Shown in pieces: positions 40,576 to 53,165 of a stretch of DNA of 64,000 bases (positions within the stretch are counted from its first letter, which is position 1; every line of letters starts with the position of its first letter). The DNA is from Balanoglossus misakiensis (Eukaryota; Animalia; Hemichordata). The notes beneath the pieces are model-generated. The model made no database searches. It was given only the letters and a program-made list of their open reading frames with translations, and was not told where the DNA came from. The DNA lies in assembly GCA_040954595.2 (NCBI GenBank), contig CM082593.2, forward strand, positions 7,352,043-7,416,042, in the 5' to 3' direction. The position numbers and the translations under genes were made by a program.

Positions 40576-41926
40576 TTATCTTCTTTCTCTTGCGCATGTG
40601 CAAGCAATAGGTATATCGATTTGCACGGCGTTGTACTGGTAAATTCCCCCGATGCAGATGTTACTGTTACGTAAGACCCAAACCTGATGCATGAGTTTCT
40701 CACATCTGTACATCACGTGGTACCCGGATTCTCTGGAGTCGTCTAAGCAGTTCTTGCACTGGTAACATTCGGCTTGAAGCAAGGTGGGCGGGTAGCGCTG
40801 GTCGTCGGTGTCTTCGACGTTGTAGAACGGGCAGTTGGATCGCAGTTCCAGGGCAGCTCCACGTCCGTAGTCGTCGCCGGGACAGGCTGACGAATTTGGC
40901 GGGCTGTGGGCTCCCGGTGTCGTCGCGAAGGAAAGGGCGTTGTTGGTGTACTGGCTCAGCATAGCTCGGAGGTCGTCTTGGCTCGGGTGTTGACACACAT
41001 CTCGCTTGACTGGGTTGCCATGGGTACGACTGACGGAGATTGCGCACAGGATAATTGCAAACTGCGAAAAAAATAATTATGAAAACGTCATAAAATTTGT
41101 TACATAGATTGATTTTCATTTCAAAAACTATAGTTTTAAAGTAATATTTTAAACTGTTGTAGTGTTGTGAGAATTTCCAAACAATTTTGAAGCAAGTTGA
41201 CTAAACCATGTGTTCTTTCGTGGAGGTCTACTGTTTCAAGGCAAACGTCCAGTTATTTCCCAGACTTAGATGGTTTCGGTTACTTCAACTATTAGCAATT
41301 TCCTGGTATAATAAAACCCTTGAAATCTAAACTACGGTCTTACTAAGGAGTGTACTGTTTTGATGAAGTTGCTGTTAATCTCGACTACACGGATTTCCGG
41401 ATGAAATAGAATTTGGTCACATTAATTATTTATTTTTTATTCTGGACAGAGTGGTGGACGCTCATGTTGGTGAAGATTTTAAGGTTCCCTGGAAACTATT
41501 CTTGCCCCACATTTCGGCAATGCTAAAATATAAGTGACGACTTTATGAATTAATACGGCGAGTTTGATTCCGTTATGTGTGTGATTGGTAGTGCGTTGAA
41601 TTGCATGGATGATGTCAATATACCAACTGGAAATGCTCATGGTGTGGGTCGGATTCTGTGTGCTGGTGCAGTGAATGTGTAGTGATTTTATTAAACGGGT
41701 TCGGATTCCTGAGAAAACGTTTTCCCTTGAAATTCTCACCCTACAGAAATATCGTTTGATGACGGAACTGATTATGCATGCATACAGGTTGTTGATCACG
41801 TGGTCTAAAGTGGGGTGGCACACGTGAAAGTCTTATGGAACAAAAATGTGCCGTTTGTTATAAAATGCCTCTACACGTTAAAAACAAAAAAAAACTCACC
41901 AAGAAATGTGTGTATGATTGGTCCAT
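40576..41926 (-). CDS. IL17: Interleukin-17 family cytokine, copy 3 (inverted; mature region near-identical to copy 2)
   Basis: Exon 1 41926-41900 (MDQSYTHFL|gtgagt), exon 2 41061-40576 (ttcgcag|FAIILCAISVSRTHGNPVKRDVCQHP...). TATAAAA at about 42110 on the minus strand. Confidence 0.9.
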
Positions 41927-42209
41927 GCTTATAGCGTTACTTGTAAATGTTGAAGTAAATGGAAGGGTCTTGAATGAGTTTAGTCACGCGATGTCGGTGG
42001 ACTTCGGTACCGTCGATGATCGTCCGGAAGGCTGAGGCCCAGTTGAGAGTAGTGTTCACCTCCGTCGGAGTGTTCAAGTCGAATGGCTTTTTGCTCGAAA
42101 TTCTCATGTTTTTATAGAAATGTTTCGACAGTACCAAATTAGCTCGCTCGGAAAGGAGCAACCTATTCGCGATCGCATGTTGCTAAAATTACGACAGGTT
42201 CCTGGCCGA

Positions 42210-42220
42210 GGGGAATTCCC
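42210..42220. promoter_or_regulatory. Palindromic NF-kB site upstream of IL-17 copy 3
   Basis: GGGGAATTCCC about 95 nt upstream of the minus-strand TATA box. Confidence 0.7.
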
Positions 42221-44170
42221 TCAGCCTGAGAGCTTTCTTCCGTGAACAAAACCAGCACGACCGATCCGTGTGAATAATGGATCTTATTTTTTAATTAGGG
42301 TACTATAATACAATCGCTCTAAAATTATCTGATAGTTAGTAAACGAAGTGAGTCACTGTCATGACAACCAGGTAAACAGTCGAGTCCCCCGCGGCCAGCG
42401 GCTGTGTTGTTGGGGACGTGACGCCTGGAGTAACCGTACGGGCCAAAAACTGCACCGTTAGTATTATACACACTTTTGGGACTCGACTGATAAAACATAT
42501 TTACATTTATACAGGCGCATATACCCATGCGCACTAGTGTCAGCCATTTCTGCAATGTACCGCGTCGACCAAAGCTGCAAACGATCAAATCGGCTCTGTA
42601 ATCTGTTTTTGAGACCTCGAGTGGGCAACTTATATGGGAAGACATTCTCATGTGACACAGGACAAACAACGCATTGCCCATCGTGTAATAAACGTACAAA
42701 CATTTTACAATTTTTGTTAAATTCTTCACCTATTCTAGTTTCATTACAAAACTTGCCTTGTATTTCTTGTCTTGCAACCCGTAGGTTTCACTGTACTTTT
42801 GCAGAATACAATTGTGTTATCGATATTCATCTAATCTTAACGACGTCATCGAGTCTACTGGGTTCGCCCCCAAAATATGGTTTGTAAACAAGCCCTTTAT
42901 TGATTTTATTGCGCAATCGATTGCTTCTCAGAATAGCTGAATTTACTTCATGCGATGTTATGAAACCTGAGTTCAAAATAAAGATACGTTCTTTTGCTCT
43001 CAGCCATTATTAAGACTGTTTAAATAATTAATTGTAGACTGCAGGAACAGCTAAAGACGTCTCAATGTTTAAGGATAACTGTGTCAGAATACAGAGAAAA
43101 CAACCGACACGATAGTACAGTGACTCGTACATTCAACCAGGCGGGAAAACTGACAGGAACGACGAACAGCTGCCGCACACTTCAGGGTGTCCACCGGAAA
43201 GTTCGACAACTTTCTTCCCTTTGTCCGAAATTTCACAACGTCTAAATCAAAAGGCGAGGTATAAGATTGTGACGTCATACACACGCGGTACGCGTCGCTT
43301 CGTGACTTACGATAATGTCGCACATCGCTGATGACGATATCTTGTGACTCACCCAAAAGGAACATTCGAAAGTCGTACGGGGAAGTGCAGGACGAACTGT
43401 TATCAAGAGGTTACCATACGGAGGTATACAAAACTAAGGTATATCTTCTGGACGTATACACTAAAGTAGATCGTCTATGATGACCTTGGCAGTGTGAAGC
43501 TGGTCATTTTTGTCATTGTTCCATGACGGAATAAAATCAATCACTTTTTTCACATCGAAATTATCTTTTCTTAGGAACTGATTAACCCACAGTCGGGAAA
43601 ATTAAACTTTAATTATTATTTTCTATCCGCAACTTGACAAAAAATAGAAGATTTCTAATGTATCTCTCGCCATACAGCAATATCATTTCGTCTAAAATTC
43701 CTATTCATAAAGAGTTCATAACCGAAATCAGTCTAACTTATTTTCTATTTTGCCTATATTAATGAAATTTTACCACAAAATGTTGATCTTGTACCAAAAT
43801 TGGCCAAAATAAATATTGGTTGTCGTCGTGATGAAATTGCTGCAAAAAAGAAGTTATCTAAACGGAGGACAGAGCGAAAAATGTCGGGCTGGAATCAGAC
43901 ATTTAAAGGTGTCTCCATACTATGGAGGTATAAGGAAGTGGTCTCGCTAACTTACAACGAAGAACATTGGTCTTAGTTGTGACCACCGCCTTCGCTTGTT
44001 ATCATGGCGAACAATGGCAATGACGTAAAGGAGAACTGTCATGGACGGTGCCGATGGTGGCGCTCGCCATGAATCAGTCTGCTATGTCGACACACCCCCG
44101 TGTGTTTTATACGCACAGGAACTCGAGGAAAACCGGTATCTATAGTTGAAGATAGCTGTGAGATTTTGCA

Positions 44171-44503
44171 TGGGTGTGTATGAAAATAATGGAGGGTAGT
44201 CGTTCAGACATTAAACAGGGGCCTTGGGCTTCATTGGAGTTCAACATCTGAACGATGCTTATAACATGACTCACAACAACATCTGGTGTACAGCATGGCC
44301 AATCACGAAGCACATACTGCTGTCCTGTCAGCCAATTGGCGTGGGTGTGTATGAAATGAATGGAGGGTAGTCGTTCAGACATTAAACAGGGGCCTTGGGC
44401 TTCATTGGAGTTCAACATCTGAACGATCTTTATAACACGACAACAACATCTGGTGTACAACACGGCCAATCATAAAGCACACAGTCCTGTCAGCCAATTG
44501 GCG
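44171..44503 (+). repeat. Tandem duplication of a ~170-bp unit (2 copies)
   Basis: TGGGTGTGTATGAAA..GGAGGGTAGTCGTTCAGACATTAAACAGGGGCCTTGGGCTTCATTGGAGTTCAACATCTGAACGAT..GTCCTGTCAGCCAATTGGCG occurs at 44171 and 44342. Confidence 0.9.
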
Positions 44504-46282
44504 ACTGGAACATGTACAACTATATACAGTGATTTTCATTGGTTGAGGATGCATGGCTTCACCAGGTGCTTTGAGACATCTGTGACTGTGCTTCATTCGT
44601 GTCACCTTTTTCACGGTAGAAGCCGCGTGTCGGATGACAACGAGTCCTCAGTGCTCGTTACCCAAAGTACGTAAAAATTTGAAGCAAAAAACATGGAAGA
44701 AGCTGACTTAAGCTCAGGTTTACCACATCAAAGCAGATTGTTTATGCCAAAGACGCAATACTATAATTGCACACATCTTCATTTATTCCGGATTTTAAAC
44801 CCATATGCCAAACACTCGCTTCATACAGAGGGGTATAGGGTTGGCCAGCGAGACAAACGAGGAGCTCTTCGTCAGCATTTGGGTGGTAGAAAGACTTTGT
44901 GGTTAAAATACAGCTACGGTGGCGGCCATATTCGCTTGCGGCAAAGCTTTATTGTTTATCTGGTTAAAACTTGCATATGCACTCATATTTAGGGTTTATA
45001 ATGCTTGTGTATGGTTCACTGCCTTCATCTGCATGGACTAATGGTAGTACAGTTTGAAACAAAAATTATGATAATTATCCCAAAAGTTGCAGCTTATGTG
45101 CCTTTAAGTGCGGAAGAAACGCGGAAAAACCCGCGGAAGTACCAGACTCAGCGAGTCTAAAAAATGTCAACGATCGCAAAATTTATCTTATGACTACAAT
45201 CGGAACTATTTTGTGCATGATTATAACCTCTCCATATCGTATAAATCAAGTGAATTATATGAAAACTACACTGACATTGTAGCAAATTGCTTGATTTCTG
45301 TACATATTAAGATTGGTTATTTACAAAAATTACTTTAATATTCTGCTAGATTGCGAATGTCTATACATGTACTAATTTTTTTACAGAAATGTTCTCAAGA
45401 CGTTATTCTCGCACAAGTAGTTCGGATCCGATCGTGGTAATTCGAGAGATACCTCGAATGAATACAGGAATATTTTTTTAATAAAACGAGGCATGTCTAT
45501 TGTAAAGCATAGTACCAAGTTGATTTCATCCATGGTTATGCGCATTCCATATTACACGCCGGAAGTGTGGATAAAAAACTTGGCAATGAAGGTTTTTATG
45601 ACTACACCTGACCATGTAAATGTGCTTGGTTCCTTGTTCCTACTTACCGGCAAACAAACTGTCAAAAATGCGTTCCTCAGTTTTGTCACGACATTATGAC
45701 AAAAGATTTGATTGAGAGAAAAAAACGCAATTTGGAGATAGAAGTAATTTTTGTCGAAATTCCGAAAATAAGCTTTTGAAGCATGGTTGCATAATGTGGA
45801 AAATCGCTGGGAAGTGGGTAATTAAGGGTCATAAATGTCGAGGGGTATCGAACGCGTCTGATCACTTGAAAACTGCACACACTTTCTTCGTTTTAGAACG
45901 CGCGTTGTCCTTAACCGTCCATTGAAGTCGTTGCATTCTGGTGGACGAATTATGACATGTCAACGACTGTTGCTTTGATACCAATATTAATAAACGAGGG
46001 CATTATAATTTTAATTTGAGTTTTTCTTGATACTTGTGTTGATAAAGAAGTATTGCGGTCTGATAATTGTGGAAAGTACCGGTCAAAACAGTGACGACAC
46101 TTTCAACTAAGAATAGAGTTCGTGATAAAAAAAAAACTTCAACCGCCAAGGTAAAAGACATTTTTATTGGAGTAAAATCATATAAAAGACCTATTGCCAT
46201 CCAAACCAAGTCACATTTTACTTGCTTTGAGAGAAGATCAAGACCGAAGCAGAGATTTCAACGTCAGAACACACGTACAACG

Positions 46283-47347
46283 ATGGCGTCATTAATGAAA
46301 ACCACTCTGGTGAGTTTACATGATTTCTCGTTGAGTATACTCGAAATCTTTGGAAGCTTCATGTTTGCCGCTGTCTGTGCGCACGAGAACCATCATGTGG
46401 TGCAAGAAATGTGAGATGGTTGATACATGCTATACCCAGAAAGCTCTTCGTGGTTACTCACGTTCCGTGGCAGTAATAAGTTGAATTTCGAGAAAACGCT
46501 ATTGTCATTTTCATGAAACTGTTCAAAAAATGCCGGAAGAGATGTTTATCCACTGATATAAAGGAAGCACTATGTTACCATGCCCGATTACTAGTTTTTT
46601 ATCAGAAAATATATTTCAACCATAGAAAAACTATAACACGTATGGAGAGTGAAGTTAAGGTCTTATTTGAGATGCAAAGCATAGGTCAACGTGTTCACAG
46701 TCTTTAACTGAAAATACACCGTTTGCTATTTAGTTTTCTTGATTTTAAAATTCATTTAAAAGTTTAAAAAAAAAAACAATATGACAATATTTTAAATTTT
46801 GAGTAGTCTCCAAACTTCGTGTTCTTTATCTTAATGTAAGCTTATTTTTTTTCCCCAATACCAGGTCGCATTCCTTTTGTGTATGGCTCTTGCGGATAAT
46901 GTCCATGGCAGTCCGGTCAAGCGAGAGGCATGCCAGTCCCCGAACGAGGATGCTCTCCGAGCCGAGTTGAAAGAGTTCGCGAACAACGCCCTGGGCTACG
47001 CGGTGACATCCGGGGCCTCCACCCCGCCCAACGTGACCGACTGCCCCGAGAGCTACGGGCCGGGCGCTCCGCTGGAACTGCGATCGAACTGCCCGTTCTA
47101 CCATGACGGAGTCACCGACGGCAACCGGTACCCGCCGACCCTGCTGGAAGCCGAGTGCTACGACTGTGCCTATTGTCTCGATGATTCCTCCGAAACCGGG
47201 TTTCACGCCCTCTACCGATGTGAAAAACTCACCCGAGAAGTTGTAGTTTTGCAAAGGGGTGTGTGCAGTAACGGCACTCATTACGATTACAACCCTGTCG
47301 TCTACGACATAGCCATCGCTTGCACCTGCGCAAGAAGTCGTATATAA
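46283..47347 (+). CDS. IL17: Interleukin-17 family cytokine, copy 4
   Basis: TATAAAA at 46181. Exon 1 46283-46309 (MASLMKTTL|gtgagt), exon 2 46865-47347. RSNCPF, NRYPPTLLEAEC, CTC. AATAAA at 47818. Confidence 0.9.
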
Positions 47348-50300
47348 AATAACCATAAATAGCTCTAACGCTTCGATACTTCTGGAAAACGAAATTATGA
47401 AGACTGCATTTTTCATTGGCGGAATTGCTATTTAAATTAGAAATTAGGGATTTTCTTATTATTAAGCGTATTATCAATATCATCACTGCATATATTCATC
47501 TTAAGTTATTTTTTGCTCAAAATCGTCTACTCTTACATGAGCACTAGACATTTCATTCTGACGTGTACAATATGTACAATTTTCCTCGCGAGTATCACGC
47601 ATGTTATTCTTAAAGATTTCCCAACAAAGAATGTGTTTTGTCAAAAAAATTTAAAATGTATGTTACGTTGTAGTGACACAATAATGTATACCCCGTTCCA
47701 GGGCTATTTTCGTAAGGCATTATGGTGCGCATGCGCATGGCCATTGACTCATTTGTCGCTGGATATCTCATGTTTACTCTGTAACGAAACCGCAGTGAAT
47801 AGACTGCTTGCATTGCAAATAAAGTTACTTTCTGACGGACATCTATACATGGTCAAATGAAAGATTGAGTGTCTCGTTCTCAAACAAGTAATGTAACATC
47901 GCAGATCACGTCGTTGTGAGGGTGTATAGACATGGACGCAGGTATAGGCCTATGCAATAGTAACTGTGTATATTCTAGTTACTTGTTGGGTAGATTTTGT
48001 TCATATATTCACAGTATCTCTAAGTATAACCACAGTAGTTATGATCGAGCTGCTATTTTATTACGGAGATAAATCAGTAGGAGCTATGGATGCTACTTTA
48101 CGCTTTGTTAGCAGTAGGCCTAATTCTGAACTTGAACGAGTCAGTTGTATGCCAACTTGGCCTACTCACTGACTGTATAGAGGAGACCAGAGAACATGAC
48201 AGAACAGCACAGCACAGAACAGAACAAAGTAAAACATTGCAGAATTTCACACACAGAGTTTCCGCTTTGAGTTTGAAGCGACGTAGTAAATGTACCCCTT
48301 CTACAAATTTCATTCGCCTTCGAACAATAACACGTGACGTACGCGTTCCCTAAAGAGGTGCGCCGAGAGGTAACCATGAACACTGCTTCATTGACGGGTA
48401 CAGCGTACACAAAGTATGACGGCATGGAACTTGATATTATAGGACTACGTCAAACTACGTACGGCAACCGTGCCTTGCATGACGTCACAGCGGTCAATCG
48501 ACCTCGCTTATACACGGTTGCCCCTTAATTCACACCCTGTGTGTACTACCGCCCAACACCGTTAAAATTGATCGATACCGGGGTTTCCCCGCTCCGCTCG
48601 CCAGCCAAGCGTACTTCCTTCTTCGTCAGTCACAGACACATCCCTTTGTTAAGGTCATCAGGCAAAAGAAAAAAAAGGGAAACGGTGCCCGAAAATACAT
48701 ATAGCGACACTTGATGTTCACGACACGGTTGTAATGCATCGTCGTAAACGACACGCCTTTTTACGACAACACCTCCTGCTCTGATTCGCGAGAATGAAGT
48801 CATGGTGCTTCTTTACTGAGACAGTTTTTCAGCTTTTATTGCAACGAACCTGGAAACTGCAAACTATGTCAACAAAGCAAACTCACAAAATGGTAGACAA
48901 CGAAATCTTTTTTTGGCAGGGTCACAAAGTCTCTAAATTTCTTTGTATGACTTGAAAAGTTGCGCGTTTTTCTTGTGTAGAGTTTTTTACATTTTTCTCG
49001 AGTAAAAGTCGTATGCTTTTGTAAGACTGCTGTTTTCTCGAAAGCAATGACATGCTTTAAAGAGTTAAGTCGTGGACGCTATGTTTATTACTATCTCCTG
49101 CCTATGACAAACTTTGACCAGATTCTAATAAACCTTCCATGGTATGTATTGCGCGCGCACAACTTCCGCCGGCGAGTTGGGTGGGTTATGATCGATTTTG
49201 CGTGAAAATCACCACAGTGATTAATGATTTGGGGGTGTATGTATATGACCATGGATCACTCTCAAACCGGACATCCAAACGGCGTAAATACAAATACCCG
49301 GATTGAAATTGTTTTTGTTTTTTTATCCGCACTGTTTGCTCCGGGATGCGGACTTTATAATCGGAAAACATGTTACAGCAACATAGATATGACTGATTCC
49401 ACACCGATACAGAGAATAGACTTTACATACCTTGGGAAGTAATTTCAGCAAGTGAACTTCGTGGTAGCTGTTAACTGTGTCTGGGCTGATGATCAGTTTG
49501 CTTCGACGAAAACCTGTATCAGAGTAGTACGCTGTAGTCCGGACAGGTGGTAGACTGAATGAAAGGCGCGTGGACTATAAGTGATATTTCAATACCTCTT
49601 CATGCAGAAGCTAGCGATCTTCTATGGATGGAATTGCGGAATTGAAATTTAGTAAAACAGATCATTTGCTTTTCGGTAATTTGTGTTATTTATATTAGCC
49701 GTGATCGTTTCTGTCATCCGGGTCACGCGGCCAAAAATATCAACGGCACTTGAAATGACATCCTCCGTAAAAAAAATAACACCAAAGGGTGGTGAATCTA
49801 TCATTTTGCGCTGTAAAACTTCCCTTCCCGTGGAAATAATATAAGGAGATATAAGTACAAAGGGATTGGATACTTGCTCAGTTACGCATTCAGGGCATTG
49901 TATAGTGTTTTCAATAAAAGCATAAACATTTTATCTAAAGGTATAACTGACACAGTGGAAGTTATCGGCCGAAAACCCTTCAGAGTTTCAGACGGGCGTC
50001 TGAAAAGCTGTCGTGTTTCAGTGTTCCATTGGCCAGTACTGTAAATGCACCCGAACACACCCACCCCTCCCATTTCCTTGAAATCAGATCAAACCATATA
50101 TACCAGCAGGTAATTGTGAATAGATGGGGACGTACCTCTGGTCTTCTTATTTGTTGCTTAAAGTGGAGACGCCTTGTGACAATGAATGTTTCGCTAATAT
50201 ATGAGCAATTGACAGTTTACCGTGAACACTTTATCAGCGAAACATCTGGAGAAGTTCGATATTTGAAACCCCCGGTAGAATCTTGTGACTCCGTTGTGAA

Positions 50301-52325
50301 TGGGGATGGTCTCCATTACCGACGAAAGTACCCACGTATAAGGTGCTTGTAAAGTCCCTTATTTACCAGGATTACTCCAAAAGGACCAGACTTACTTTGA
50401 CGCAAATTGAAATTAAATTATTATATGACGCTATAATCATTCAAAGTGATGTGAGATTAATACGGTTTCGTTCTGTGGGGGAAAGAATCGAAATAATAGA
50501 GAATTTTGAAATTGGTAGAAACTCACTAACTCACTCACTAACTCACTCACCCATTCACTCGTGATATATCCGAATTAGGCCTAATCATTTTAATCAACGC
50601 CATTATAGCAAGTTTCAAAGTAGGAACATGAAAGATAATAAACGAAATTGACCAAATGCAAACTCCAGTGCGACGTTTAAGACATACTCGCCGCTGTCAG
50701 TGACGAGGAAAAAGAACTCTACCACCTGTATGTTTTGCTCTTTGGGACGTGTACATGTGTATTTATGTTCCTTTCTGATTTACAAACTTAGCTCAGGGCA
50801 AGCGAGAAGAGCTTGATTGCCGTTTCCACCACCACAGTCCTTCCACACACAGAATGGACGTGTCTTCATGATGTCGCAAGTTGTTTTCACAGATTGCAAA
50901 CATTCAGTGTATAGTTAAAAAGTGCCGCACCGACCGGAAGATTTCCTAAATATATTTTACATCCACCCTTAAAATGGCATTCGTGTGGGCGCAAGTGGTT
51001 TTATGCTACCGTATAACGGACTCATATTGCATGCATAGTTGACATTTTTTCCCTCTGAAGGTGTGTCGGGATTTATTAATAATGACGGGAGAACTAAAGC
51101 AATCGGGGAAAAAATCATTCCGATGTGCTATGAAAATCTAATTACCTAGAAATGTAAGAGATCCGACTGTTTCTTAGTAAAATCTGGCATCAGCGACGGA
51201 GGATTAGCGATATTTATTGATTTCACTCCACACCATCTTTATATTTTATCACTATTGAAGTCATGGTGCCACTTGCTAAATGTTAGCTTATACTAGTATT
51301 AAAGAAAGGTGTGTATTTCATTGACAGGATTCATTAAAATTGATACAGAAGTAAGATTAATTTCCGATAGAAGTATCCATAAAGCAACACTTTAAATGAA
51401 CATGTTGATTAACCAAATAAATTACAACTCCCCACAAAAACTGTAAACGAATTTATAGGGCCTAAGTAATTTTGAAAGAAATCTTGTGTTAGCTAATTTA
51501 GCAGAACACAGTTTCAAACTCCAAGTCTTATACATTCCAATAAATATCTACCAACACGAGCATTTGTGCGAAACCAATGTCAAGAGTACAGGACTAAAAA
51601 AACGTACACTAGAATACACTGGCAGATATCATGGACGAATTTTTGATATGTAGCATATTAAACATCCACATTAGTCTAGGCTTTATACGCACTGTTCGCG
51701 CAACACCGGCAAAACCGGAAGTACTTGAAATAATTCTGTCTAAGCTACTTGTTTGCCTGATTCAATACACGAAGCTTCAAAATCTTGTGTGTGTATATTT
51801 TACTAATAATATCATCATTACCACAAGTGGCAGTATTTCAATTTGTGATTTATCAATATTTATGGACAGTATCTAATACCTATTTCCCTCTGATGTACAT
51901 CCTGGTAGGCAATCCATAGAGTCTACTGTATATTGTTAACATTCAATATTGAGTAGAATGCTAAATAGGGGAAGTGTGGCTCCCTACTTCGGATCACGGT
52001 CATTGTGAATTTCTTCTCGACTCGTTCATACAGGATCACCGTTACTCATCTGTTAAATATAACCCCCTCCCCTCCCCCCTCTCGGTCTTGCTCGGTATGT
52101 CGACACATTCCGAAATTTGGAGTTCGGGATGCCTAAACAGATTCCAACATTACGCAAGTTTCCAAACTTGTAAGTCTAATAGGGTATATAAATTCAAGCC
52201 CGTTGCCAACCAAGTCAACATTATACAGAGATCATCAGTCTGCTAATACTATTAAGGGCTGCTTTGGCATATCCTCCACAAATAGTATCTGGTTTTAGAG
52301 ACTGCTGCCAGCTTGAAACTTAAAC

Positions 52326-53165
52326 ATGGATCAGATTGACAGATGTATGGTAAGTACTTGACTTTTTTTCATCGATCAGTGGTTAACTTATGGTATAGCC
52401 AGTACCAGGTCTGTTTGAGAGCTTTTTAAAACAATGTTCATTAGTTTTTATCCGTTGAATTGAAATACCGTTTCGGTGGAAAAATTGCAAACTTCCATAC
52501 ACGTACAGATAAAATCATGTTTCTCAATCGATATAAATTGTCGTTATTTTTTTTATTTCACTGCTGGACTTCTAGTAACGATAGTAACGTACAAACGACT
52601 TGTATTTACATCCCGTAAAATTCATTTGAGTATTCTGCTCAGGTTTGTTAATATTCCCGGTGTCTTTTTTCAGATTGCGTGCTTCCTTGTCATGATGGCT
52701 ATCGCAGGTAGCTATGGCAACCCTGTCAAGCGACAAACATGTCAACAACCAAGCGATGAAGCTCTGGAGGACATGTTAATGCTGTACACGCCAAACGCCC
52801 TCTCCTACGCCACCACTTCCGGGTCCTACAGCCCGCCCTCATCGACCACCTGCCCAATTTCGTATGGTTCAGGCGCCCCCTTGGAAATCAGATCGACCTG
52901 CCCTTACTACCACGTTGAAAACACAGACAACGACCGCTACCCGCAAACCTTGGTTGAAGCCGAATGCTACGATTGTCAGAACTGCATCAGCGATCTCATC
53001 GAGAACTCCGACTACCATCCAATATGGCGGTGTGAGAAGATAACGACTGGTGACCTCTGGGTGTTGCAAAACACCTACACCTGCAACGCGCACGGTTTCT
53101 ACAATTACGTACCAATCAAAGTCAAATTATCAACAGCTTGTACTTGTGGCAGAGAACGCGTTTAG
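52326..53165 (+). CDS. IL17: Interleukin-17 family cytokine, copy 5
   Basis: TATATAAA at 52185. Exon 1 52326-52349 (MDQIDRCM|gtaagt), exon 2 52674-53165. RSTCPY, DNDRYPQTLVEAEC, CTC. Overlapping ATTTA run at about 53329-53341; AATAAA at 53799. Confidence 0.9.

Noticed and set aside
52476-52673. Long N-terminal extension of the 229-aa IL-17 ORF
   Set aside because: Intronic read-through; a strong acceptor at 52673 and an upstream exon 1 explain the gene.
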